This document shows positions 42,691 to 50,751 of a DNA stretch of 64,000 nucleotides, in pieces. Under the pieces are notes generated by a model. The model searched no databases. It had not been told where the DNA came from and saw nothing but the letters and a program-made list of their open reading frames with translations. A program made the position numbers and the translations under genes. Positions within the stretch are counted from its first letter, which is position 1; each line of letters opens with the position of its first letter. Source of the stretch: Chloroflexota bacterium (GTDB lineage: Bacteria; Chloroflexota; Dehalococcoidia; Lucifugimonadales; UBA3495); contig JAQBVF010000002.1 of the NCBI GenBank assembly GCA_027623675.1, positions 64,001-128,000 of the forward strand, given 5' to 3'.

Positions 42691-42718
42691 GCCCGACTCC
42701 GCCAGTCGGGCATTTTTT
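42691..42718 (+). terminator. Riboswitch 2 terminator
   Basis: GCCCGACT-ccgcc-AGTCGGGC followed by ATTTTTT. Confidence 0.8.
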
Positions 42719-42903
42719 ATGCCCTGACCGGATGGTGGTTGGGCAAAGAACAGAAAATTGAATAGCTAGGTTGTTCGTGGCTTTAGCCTGCTCGGCTATA
42801 ATCCTGGTGGAAAACTGAGTTGACCGGAGCGGCGGGTCCTTTATCCAGCCGCGGAAAAAGTCAGACATAAATTCGAGACATAGAGAAATCTGAGGGGGAA
42901 ATC

Positions 42904-43101
42904 ATGGTACAGGTGTTTCGGCAGTCCATAGCAAACAGAGAGTCTTCCCGATGGCTTCCCGCGGTGTTGGCGGCAACCGTCGCCTTGTATTTCATCGGCT
43001 ACGTCGACGGCACGGCCCAGGGAGCGTTCTTGGGCGGCAACATGGCGGTTGTCCATGAGGTCTTCCACCACGCCCGCCACGTTGCCTTCATGTGCCACTA
43101 G
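42904..43101 (+). CDS. cbtB: Cobalt transporter subunit CbtB
   Basis: One TM helix then HEVFHHARHVAFMCH (CbtB H..H..RH....CH terminus); behind a B12 riboswitch. Confidence 0.88.
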   Translation: MVQVFRQSIANRESSRWLPAVLAATVALYFIGYVDGTAQGAFLGGNMAVVHEVFHHARHVAFMCH

Positions 43102-43393
43102 GCTAGGAGCCCGCTCCTAGCAGGCAACTCTAAGACCCGGCTTAAGAGAAAAATACCGCAGTCTCCGCTACGGAGACTGCGGTTCTAATCAACCCGCCTC
43201 CTCCCCAGCCCCGCGCTTCAACTTAGCCGTTTCTCACCCGGCGCTGTATGGCCTCGCACTGCAGTTTCGCGTATCTCATCGCCCCCAAAACGATGTCCCG
43301 CCGCGGCTTCGCGATCCACGGACAGGGCTTCTAAACAGATTTTCTCCAAACGGACTTTCATGGACTTTCAACGCATGTCAGGGAGGGGCAATC

Positions 43394-44164
43394 ATGCCTA
43401 GAATATTGATCATTGGGCTGGTGGCGGGCCTATTCGCCGGCCTGCTGGTGGGCGGGTTTCACAACCTGTTCACCGTGCCCGTCATCGAACGGGCCATAGA
43501 TTTCGAAGAAGCACAGTCTGCATCGGCGAATCCCAATGCCCCGGAAGAAGACCCGCTGGTCTCCCTGGGGGCGCAACGGTGGGGAATGGCGGCCGGGACC
43601 GGCATCTACGGCGCCATCCTTGGCGTGGTCTTCGCCGCCGCCGTCACCGTACTCCGCAAGGTAGTCCCAGATTGGAAGCCCTTGGCCATCGCCGTCACCG
43701 CGGCCGCCTTGGGATTCTGGGCCTTGTCTTTGTTCCCGTTCATCCGGTACCCGCTGAATCCGCCCGGTGTGGGCGAGTCCGACACCCTCACCTACCGGCA
43801 GGGTCTGCAGACCATGTTCATGATTCTGTCGGTACTAGGCGTCGGGGTATTGCTGTTTGGCCTGCGTGAGATCAACGGTCGGTTCCAAGAAACTAGCAAG
43901 CGGGTCAAAATGTACGGCGCTGCCGGGCTGGCCTACGTTGTCTTCGCGGTAATCATGTACTTCGCCCACCCGGCCAATCCAGACCCGGTGGAGATGCCCA
44001 TCGACCTCCTGGAACTGTTCCGCACGCTGACGATGGTCGGGCAATTCCTGACCTGGGCCATGATGGCCGGACTGGCAACCGCCGGCATGTATTGGTATCA
44101 ACGCCGCGATGCGAAGGCGGGCAACCGCTTCGATCCGGTGACCGGAGCGCCCGTAAGCCTGTGA
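43394..44164 (+). CDS. cbtA: Cobalt transporter subunit CbtA
   Basis: GLVAGLFAG, PVIERAIDFEE, PFIRYPLNPPGVG...TLTYRQ, P.DLL..FR; multiple TM helices. Confidence 0.88.
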   Translation: MPRILIIGLVAGLFAGLLVGGFHNLFTVPVIERAIDFEEAQSASANPNAPEEDPLVSLGAQRWGMAAGTGIYGAILGVVFAAAVTVLRKVVPDWKPLAIAVTAAALGFWALSLFPFIRYPLNPPGVGESDTLTYRQGLQTMFMILSVLGVGVLLFGLREINGRFQETSKRVKMYGAAGLAYVVFAVIMYFAHPANPDPVEMPIDLLELFRTLTMVGQFLTWAMMAGLATAGMYWYQRRDAKAGNRFDPVTGAPVSL

Positions 44165-46335
44165 CCAGATCAAGCACGACAACCACCAGTGAGAACCCCG
44201 GAAATAAAAATCCCGGCAATAAAAACCCCGGCAATAAAAACCCCGGCGGAAACGCCGGCAGAATCCCAGAGTCCCGGTTTCCGTTCACGGCCATCGTAGG
44301 TCAAACGGCCATGAAACGAGCGCTGCTCCTGAACGCCGTCAACCCGAAGATCGGCGGCGTTCTGGTGCGCGGCAAGAAGGGCACCGCCAAGTCCACGGCG
44401 GTCCGTTCTCTGGCTGCGCTATTGCCCGAGGTAACCGTGGTCCAGGGCTGCCCCTACAACTGCAGTCCGGAAGAACGCCAGGGGCTGTGCAACCGCTGTG
44501 AGCCGATCGACACCGACGCCGCAACCGTCGTTCGCCAGATCCCGATCGTGGACCTGCCGGTTGGCGCGACGGAGGACAGGCTGGTGGGGTCTCTGGACAT
44601 CGAGGAGGCCATCAAAACGGGAAACCGGGTCTTTGAGCCGGGCCTCATCGCAGCGACGCACCGGGGCATTCTCTACATCGACGAAGTTAACCTGCTCAAC
44701 GACCACCTGGTGGACATTCTGCTGGACGCCGCCGCCATGGGCCGCAACTATGTGGAGCGGGAGGGTATCTCGGTGACCCATCGTTCGGAGTTTATCCTGG
44801 TGGGCACGATGAACCCGGAAGAAGGCGACCTCCGGCCCCAACTGCTGGACCGCTTCGGACTGGCGGTTGAAGTCGACGGGCGGTTCTCCCCCGAGGAACG
44901 CCAAGAGGTGGTGAAGCGCCGCATCGCCTACGAGGCCGACCCCCAGGCGTTCATGGCCCGGTGGCAGCAGCCGGAGCAGGAGGAACGGCAGCGGGTGCTG
45001 CGGAGCCAGCAGTTGCTGCCCCAGGTGGTTGTCAGCGATGACATCTTGTCCCTGATCACATCCATCTGCGCCGAATACGATATCGACGGCATGCGCGGCG
45101 ATATCGTCATGTACAAGACAGCCAGCACCATCGCCGCCTACGAGCAGCGGACGGAAGTCAACGCCGAGGACGTGCGCGAGGCCGCCAACCTGGCCCTGCT
45201 TCACCGCCAGCGCCGGCAGCCCTTCCAGCAGCCCAATCTGGAGACCAGCCAGCTCGACTCAATGGTGGACGACTTTCAGAGTCAGGACCGCCAACGCGAA
45301 TCGCAAGACCAGGCCGGGGATAACGATCAAGGAGAGGGCGATTCCGAGCCCTCGGATTTAAGACCGGAAGATTTAGAGTCACCGGACCCCGAATCACCTG
45401 AGCCCCAGGACCCCGACGCCGAACCGGACAATCCGGGATTCGGGCTGCCCCAGAATGAGCAGTTCGAAGTGGGCGACCCCTATGCGGTGCGGTCTCTCGA
45501 CCTGAAGCCTCCAGACCAACGCTCCCGCCGCGCCTCGGGCCGCCGTAACGTCACCATCAGCGACTCCTCCGCCGGGCGGTACGTCCGCTCCCGCCAACCG
45601 GAGGGCAAGGCGACCGGGCTGGCCTTGGACGCCACCCTGCGCGCCGCCGCACCGCACCAACTGGGCCGCCGGTCATCGTCCCAATCAGCCAACGCCGTGC
45701 TGGTCGAGCCCCAGGATATCCGCGATAAGGTCAGGGAGAACAAGGCGGGCAGCCTGGTGCTGTTCGTGGTTGATGCCAGCGGCTCCATGGGCGCTCAGCG
45801 GCGCATGGTGGCGGTCAAGGGGGCGATCATGTCCCTCTTGCTGGACGCCTACCAGCGGCGCGACCGGGTGGGACTGATCTCATTTCGCGGGACACAGTCC
45901 AGTCTGCTGCTGCCGCCCACCAACAGCGTCGACCTGGCCCAGGTCCACCTGAAAGACATGCCCACGGGAGGCCGAACTCCGCTCAGCGCCGGTCTGTTCA
46001 AAGCGTTGGAGATCGTCGAGACGGAACGCATCAAGGACCGGGACGTCATGCCCCTGCTGGTGCTGCTGTCCGATGGCCGGGGCAACGTGGCCCAAGGCCA
46101 AGACTCGCCCTTGGACGAAGCGTCGGTGGCGGCTGGGATCATCGGCGAGGGCAAGATCCCGTCGGTGGTGGTGGACACCGAGTCCGGGTTCATCAAGCTG
46201 GGCATGATACAGCCGATAGCCACGGCCATGGGCGCCCAATACCTGAAGCTGGAAGACCTGAGGGCCGACAACCTGGCGGAGGCGGTGCGGCTCAACATGC
46301 CCATTATCGGCGAGGCCCCGCCCCACGTTAACTAG
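44161..46335 (+). CDS. Fused ChlI/ChlD-type (AAA+ plus vWA) chelatase subunit, likely CobN partner
   Basis: GTG overlaps the cbtA stop (GTGA); FPFTAIVGQ, GKKGTAKST, TEDRLVGSLD, YIDEVNLL, GTMNPEEG, LLDRFG; acidic/Pro linker; vWA MIDAS DASGSM, TGGRTPL, LSDGRGN. Confidence 0.92.
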   Translation: MTRSSTTTTSENPGNKNPGNKNPGNKNPGGNAGRIPESRFPFTAIVGQTAMKRALLLNAVNPKIGGVLVRGKKGTAKSTAVRSLAALLPEVTVVQGCPYNCSPEERQGLCNRCEPIDTDAATVVRQIPIVDLPVGATEDRLVGSLDIEEAIKTGNRVFEPGLIAATHRGILYIDEVNLLNDHLVDILLDAAAMGRNYVEREGISVTHRSEFILVGTMNPEEGDLRPQLLDRFGLAVEVDGRFSPEERQEVVKRRIAYEADPQAFMARWQQPEQEERQRVLRSQQLLPQVVVSDDILSLITSICAEYDIDGMRGDIVMYKTASTIAAYEQRTEVNAEDVREAANLALLHRQRRQPFQQPNLETSQLDSMVDDFQSQDRQRESQDQAGDNDQGEGDSEPSDLRPEDLESPDPESPEPQDPDAEPDNPGFGLPQNEQFEVGDPYAVRSLDLKPPDQRSRRASGRRNVTISDSSAGRYVRSRQPEGKATGLALDATLRAAAPHQLGRRSSSQSANAVLVEPQDIRDKVRENKAGSLVLFVVDASGSMGAQRRMVAVKGAIMSLLLDAYQRRDRVGLISFRGTQSSLLLPPTNSVDLAQVHLKDMPTGGRTPLSAGLFKALEIVETERIKDRDVMPLLVLLSDGRGNVAQGQDSPLDEASVAAGIIGEGKIPSVVVDTESGFIKLGMIQPIATAMGAQYLKLEDLRADNLAEAVRLNMPIIGEAPPHVN
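44194..44253 (+). repeat. 15-bp tandem repeat encoding (NPGNK)n
   Basis: AACCCCGGAAATAAA AATCCCGGCAATAAA AACCCCGGCAATAAA AACCCCGGCGGAAAC. Confidence 0.9.
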
Positions 46336-46429
46336 CGGTCAGGACTGTGCGGTCGGGATCCAGCCTGGTTCGAGTTGGCAGGCGGCCCTTCGAGGGCTTG
46401 CTCCCAGTTGATGCGGCATTGCCGTCCCG

Positions 46430-46458
46430 TTTACATCGCCCACCGGACTTGGTAATCT
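46430..46458 (+). promoter_or_regulatory. Candidate promoter for glyQS-birA
   Basis: TTTACA-17 bp-TAATCT with extended TG. Confidence 0.45.
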
Positions 46459-46539
46459 CGACTGTGGCCCGATTACCGGCCACTATCCCTTTTTTACTTA
46501 ATGCGGCTGCGCCGCCCCGCCACCCCAGGAGGTACCCGT

Positions 46540-48066
46540 TTGGCCCGCAACATGCTCTATGCCGACATGGACAAGATGCTTTCTCTGTCCAAGCGCCGGG
46601 GATTCATCTTTCAAAGCTCGGAGATCTATGGGGGCCTGGGTTCCACCTGGGACTACGGCCCCTTGGGCGTGGAGCTGAAACGCAATGTCAAAGAGGCCTG
46701 GTGGCAGGCCGTGATCGCCCAGCGCGACGACATGGTGGGCCTGGACGCCGCCATCCTGATGCATCCCAAGACCTGGGTCGCCAGCGGCCACGTGGAGAAC
46801 TTCTCCGACCCCTTGGTTGAATGCGGAAATTGTCGGCATCGGTTCCGACTTGACCATCTAACTTATGGCCACGCCTGGCTCGAGAACGGCGCCTCTGTAG
46901 AATTGAGTTTAGACGGAGCGTCAAATGACGACGTTGAGAAAGCGTTAAGAGAAAGAGCCGGGAGGATTGGTTCACCGATCTCAATCTCCAGGGAACTTGT
47001 AATATTGCCAGTGGTAGGTGGTTCACGAGCTGATCCAGTCACTAGCGTTCCGTGCCCGATATGCGAACAACGCGAACTGACCCCGCCGCGCCGGTTCAAC
47101 CTGATGTTCAAGACCTTCATGGGGCCGGTGGAAGACACGGCCAACGAGGTGTTCCTGCGACCGGAGACGGCCCAGGGCATCTTCGTCAATTTCAAGAACG
47201 TTTTGGACTCGACCCGCAAGAAGCTGCCCTTCGGCATCGGCCAGATCGGCAAGTCATTCCGGAACGAGATCACCCCCGGCAACTTCACTTTTAGAACCAG
47301 AGAGTTCGAGCAGATGGAAGCCGAGTTCTTCGTTAAGCCGGGCGAAGACGTGGAATGGCTGGACCGGTGGGTCCAACACCGCTTCCAGTGGTACATCGGC
47401 CTGGGCATTCGGAAGGAAAACCTGCGTCTGCGCGAGCATGGTCCCGATGAACTGGCCCACTACGCCAAGGCCTGTTACGACATCGAATACCGCTTTCCCT
47501 GGGGCTGGGCCGAACTGGAGGGCATCGCCAACCGCGCCGACTTCGACCTGCGGCAACACCAAGACGCCAGCGGGCAGGACATGACCTACTTCGACGATGC
47601 GGCGGCCGAGGGCGAGGAGCCTCGCTACCTCCCCTACGTCATCGAGCCGTCGGGCGGCGTTGACCGGGCCACCTTGGCCTTCTGGCTGGACGCCTATGAC
47701 GAAGAACCCGACGGCCCGATTGAAAAGGGAGCCGTGAGGGTGGTCTCCCACATCCACCGGGACCTGGCGCCCATCACCGTGGCGGCGCTGCCCCTGAGCC
47801 GTAACGAGAAGCTGCTGCCCACCGCCCGCCGGGTCTACGACACGCTCCGCAAGCACTTCCGGACGCAGTACGACGACGCCCAGAGCATCGGCCGCCGCTA
47901 CCGGCGCCAGGACGAGATCGGCACGCCCTACTGCGTGACCATCGATTTCGACACCATCGACGACGGCCAGGTGACCATCCGGGACCGGGACTCGATGCAC
48001 CAGGCCAGGGTCCCCATCTCCCAGTTGGTGGACATCCTGAAAGACAAGATCGAACACGCCTGGTAG
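46540..48066 (+). CDS. glyQS: Glycine--tRNA ligase, homodimeric (alpha2) type
   Basis: TTG after AGGAGG; SEIYGG, DYGPLG, LRPETAQG, GKSFRNEITP, FRTREFEQME, LAHY, ELEGIANR, YVIEPS, IGRRYRRQDEIGTP. Confidence 0.96.
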   Translation: MARNMLYADMDKMLSLSKRRGFIFQSSEIYGGLGSTWDYGPLGVELKRNVKEAWWQAVIAQRDDMVGLDAAILMHPKTWVASGHVENFSDPLVECGNCRHRFRLDHLTYGHAWLENGASVELSLDGASNDDVEKALRERAGRIGSPISISRELVILPVVGGSRADPVTSVPCPICEQRELTPPRRFNLMFKTFMGPVEDTANEVFLRPETAQGIFVNFKNVLDSTRKKLPFGIGQIGKSFRNEITPGNFTFRTREFEQMEAEFFVKPGEDVEWLDRWVQHRFQWYIGLGIRKENLRLREHGPDELAHYAKACYDIEYRFPWGWAELEGIANRADFDLRQHQDASGQDMTYFDDAAAEGEEPRYLPYVIEPSGGVDRATLAFWLDAYDEEPDGPIEKGAVRVVSHIHRDLAPITVAALPLSRNEKLLPTARRVYDTLRKHFRTQYDDAQSIGRRYRRQDEIGTPYCVTIDFDTIDDGQVTIRDRDSMHQARVPISQLVDILKDKIEHAW

Positions 48067-48110
48067 GCGGCGAAATGGCGTTTCTTTGAACCGGCTGAAG
48101 ATAATCTCTT

Positions 48111-48890
48111 ATGCCTCCTAATCTTGTCGCCGCTACCGTCCGGCAGGGGTTGTTCACCCGCATCGTGGGCCGGCGGCTGCTGTATTACCCGGAGCTTGCT
48201 TCCACCATGGATGAGGCCGCCAAGCTGGGCGAGGGCGACGCCGATGAGGGCGCGGTGGTGGTGGCCGAGGTGCAGACCGCCGGCCGGGGTCGCCGTGGGC
48301 GCAGTTGGGTATCCCAACCCGGCAATTTGCTCGTGTCGGTCCTGTTCCGTCCCTCTTTGGAAGTCCTGCCGTTCATCAGTATTATCGGCGGGGTCGCCGC
48401 CGCCAGGGCTGTGCGCAAAGTGACCGGACTGGAACCCAAGATCAAATGGCCCAACGACCTGCTGATCAGCGGACGCAAGGCCGCCGGCATACTGGCCGAG
48501 AGCGCGGTCGCCGGGGATACCGTATGGTATGCTGTGCTCGGTCTAGGCATGAATGTGAGCCTGGACACCAGCCAGACGGCGGAGATTTCGTCCTTCGCGG
48601 TCAGCGTCAACGCGGCTGCCGGAAGGGAGGTCCCACGGGAAGATTTGCTTCGGCAGTTCCTGATGGACCTGGACGCCCTTTACCTGGCGCTCGGCCAAGG
48701 AGATTCACCCATCGCTGAGTGGCAGGACCTGTTGGAAACCACCGGGCAGCGGGTGACTGCAACCTGGGCCGACGACTCGTACACCGGCTTGGCCGAAGGC
48801 ACTGACGAGTTGGGTAATCTGCTGCTGCGCCAGGACGATGGCGTTCTGCTGACCCTGACCGCCGGGGACGTAACGCTGAGCGGGCGATAA
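48111..48890 (+). CDS. birA: Biotin--[acetyl-CoA-carboxylase] ligase (no HTH domain)
   Basis: STMD, AEVQTAGRGRRGRSW, KWPNDL, KAAGIL, GLGMNV. Confidence 0.94.
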   Translation: MPPNLVAATVRQGLFTRIVGRRLLYYPELASTMDEAAKLGEGDADEGAVVVAEVQTAGRGRRGRSWVSQPGNLLVSVLFRPSLEVLPFISIIGGVAAARAVRKVTGLEPKIKWPNDLLISGRKAAGILAESAVAGDTVWYAVLGLGMNVSLDTSQTAEISSFAVSVNAAAGREVPREDLLRQFLMDLDALYLALGQGDSPIAEWQDLLETTGQRVTATWADDSYTGLAEGTDELGNLLLRQDDGVLLTLTAGDVTLSGR

Positions 48891-48958
48891 TCGCCTTGGT
48901 TCCTGGCCCGGTTTTGCCGCAATCAAATCGCCGCCACAATTAGCTATCAGAGGAACAG

Positions 48959-49765
48959 ATGCTGGAATCACTTAGCCTGGATGGAACATCGGTTGTCATA
49001 ACCGGCGGGGGCACCGGACTGGGCCGGGCCATGGTCCGGGACATGGCCCGCGCCGGCGCCAACCTGGTCATCGCCGGCCGCCGCACGGGTCCCATCGAAG
49101 AGGCCGCCGCCGAGGCCATCAGCCTGGGCGTGGATGCAACTTCGGTGGCAACGGATGTGACCGACTCCGCACAGGTGGCAAACCTGATGCAGACCTGCCT
49201 GGACCGCTTCGGCAAGATCGACGTCCTGCTGAATAACGCCGGGGCAGTGTCGGACAACGTCCGGAAGCCCATCTGGGAGCATACCGACGAGGAATGGGAC
49301 CGCATCATGCGGGTAAACCTCACCGGCGCTTTCTACTGCGCCCGCGAGGTGTCCCAGACCATGGTGACCCAGGAACACGGCAAGATCATCAACGTGGCTT
49401 CCGGGTTCGGCCTGCGGGGCGGCCGCGAGATCTATATGTACTGCTGCAGCAAGGGCGGCATGATCCAGCTCAGCCGGGTCCTGTCATTCAATCTGGCCCG
49501 GTACGGTATCACGGCCAACACCATAGTACCCGGCTTCGTGCCCACCGGCGCCACCGACACCATGGCCGCCAGCCTGCCGAGGGGCGGCGAATTCCTGCCC
49601 AACGGCAAGCTGGGCAAGCCCGCCGACTTTGGCCCCTTGGCCGTCTACCTGGCTTCGGCGGCGTCGGACTACATGACCGGGGAGATGTTCATCGCCGACG
49701 GCGGCGGCTTGGCTGCCGGCATCACGCCCACCGGCCACGCTCCGGTCATCGCTCTGGAAGCCTAA
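48959..49765 (+). CDS. SDR family oxidoreductase (canonical motifs)
   Basis: TGGGTGLG, NNAG, INVAS, YCCSK. Confidence 0.92.
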   Translation: MLESLSLDGTSVVITGGGTGLGRAMVRDMARAGANLVIAGRRTGPIEEAAAEAISLGVDATSVATDVTDSAQVANLMQTCLDRFGKIDVLLNNAGAVSDNVRKPIWEHTDEEWDRIMRVNLTGAFYCAREVSQTMVTQEHGKIINVASGFGLRGGREIYMYCCSKGGMIQLSRVLSFNLARYGITANTIVPGFVPTGATDTMAASLPRGGEFLPNGKLGKPADFGPLAVYLASAASDYMTGEMFIADGGGLAAGITPTGHAPVIALEA

Positions 49766-49826
49766 CCAGCAACTTTTAGACCAAGTCTGGGGCCCAAACA
49801 ACGGCCCCGGTTTCAGGAGAGAATCA

Positions 49827-50594
49827 ATGCCGGTCCTACCCGAGTACGACCTATCCGGCAAGACGGCCATCTTGGCGACCTCAGGCGGGGGTGAGGCTCC
49901 CTTCCTGGCCCAGGCCCTGGTTGAGGGCGGCGCCAGCGTGTTCGCCGTGGCCCGCACTCAGGCGCTTCTCGACGCCGTGCTTGGCTCACTGCCGGCTGGT
50001 TCCAGCGGCGCGGTGATGGACGCCAACGACCCCGGCAGCGCCAAGCAGGTCATGGAGCGGTTCGACCGGGCGTACGGCGGCCAGTCCTCCGGCAAGATTG
50101 ACATACTGGTTAACGACGCCCGCAGCATGTACGCCCAGGCACTGGAGCAGATCAGCGTTGACGAGTGGGACTCCGTCCAGACCCGGAACGCCAAGGCGCC
50201 ATTCCTGCTTTCCCAGCAGGTGCTGCCGCGCATGGCCAAGGCCGAGTACGGCCGGGTGGTAAACATGATCTCCGAACTGGCCGAACGGGGCATGATCAAC
50301 GGCTCGGCATTTGCCGCCAGCCAGGCCTCGGTGTTGGCCCTGACCCGTTCTTTGGCGGTTGAATGGAGCCGGTTCAACATCCGGATCAACGCCATCGGCA
50401 CCGGCTGGATCGACACCCAGGGGCAGACCCTGGAGGAGCAGCGGGAAGAATTGCTGGTCCGCTACATCCCCCTCCGGCGCAAGGGCAGCCCCGGCGACAT
50501 CGGCCCCCTCCTCGTCTACCTGTGCTCCGAGTCCTGCGATTACTCCACCGGACAGCCGGTGTATGTCGATGGCGGCCTGAACGCCCACCCTTAG
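49827..50594 (+). CDS. SDR-fold protein with degenerate catalytic and cofactor motifs
   Basis: DLSGKTAI, GKIDILVND, GRVVNMIS, LTRSLAVEW, IRINAI, YVDGG; YxxxK replaced by FAASQ. Confidence 0.85.
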   Translation: MPVLPEYDLSGKTAILATSGGGEAPFLAQALVEGGASVFAVARTQALLDAVLGSLPAGSSGAVMDANDPGSAKQVMERFDRAYGGQSSGKIDILVNDARSMYAQALEQISVDEWDSVQTRNAKAPFLLSQQVLPRMAKAEYGRVVNMISELAERGMINGSAFAASQASVLALTRSLAVEWSRFNIRINAIGTGWIDTQGQTLEEQREELLVRYIPLRRKGSPGDIGPLLVYLCSESCDYSTGQPVYVDGGLNAHP

Positions 50595-50751
50595 CCCGGT
50601 CCGGGCCTGAACCAGCCTTTCGGGCGTCCGTTCGAATCTTGGATGTAACGCCTGGGCTGATGTACAATGATTCCAGCCCAAAGGCGTCTCCAATCTTTCG
50701 AGCCGCCCTTATCATTTTGACCAAGTTTTCTACCTTTCCCTGCGTAAAACA

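Noticed and set aside
42771..42802. Internal promoter (TATAAT at 42797) bypassing riboswitch 2
   Set aside because: No convincing -35 at 16-18 bp and no extended -10; cannot be supported from sequence alone
44194..44253. CRISPR-like or phase-variable repeat
   Set aside because: 15-bp in-frame coding tandem repeat with no spacers and no cas genes; unit changes keep the frame
44161..46335. Magnesium chelatase / photosynthesis gene
   Set aside because: Context is cobN, cbtAB and B12 riboswitches; no bch/chl genes in the window
46336..46539. Possible T-box leader before glyQS
   Set aside because: No GGTGGNACCGCG T-box motif or stem I; only a promoter-like sequence and a small hairpin
46813..47076. 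Intein or intron in glyQS
   Set aside because: Too short, no C-terminal HN plus C/S/T splice junction, frame uninterrupted, no group I/II intron features
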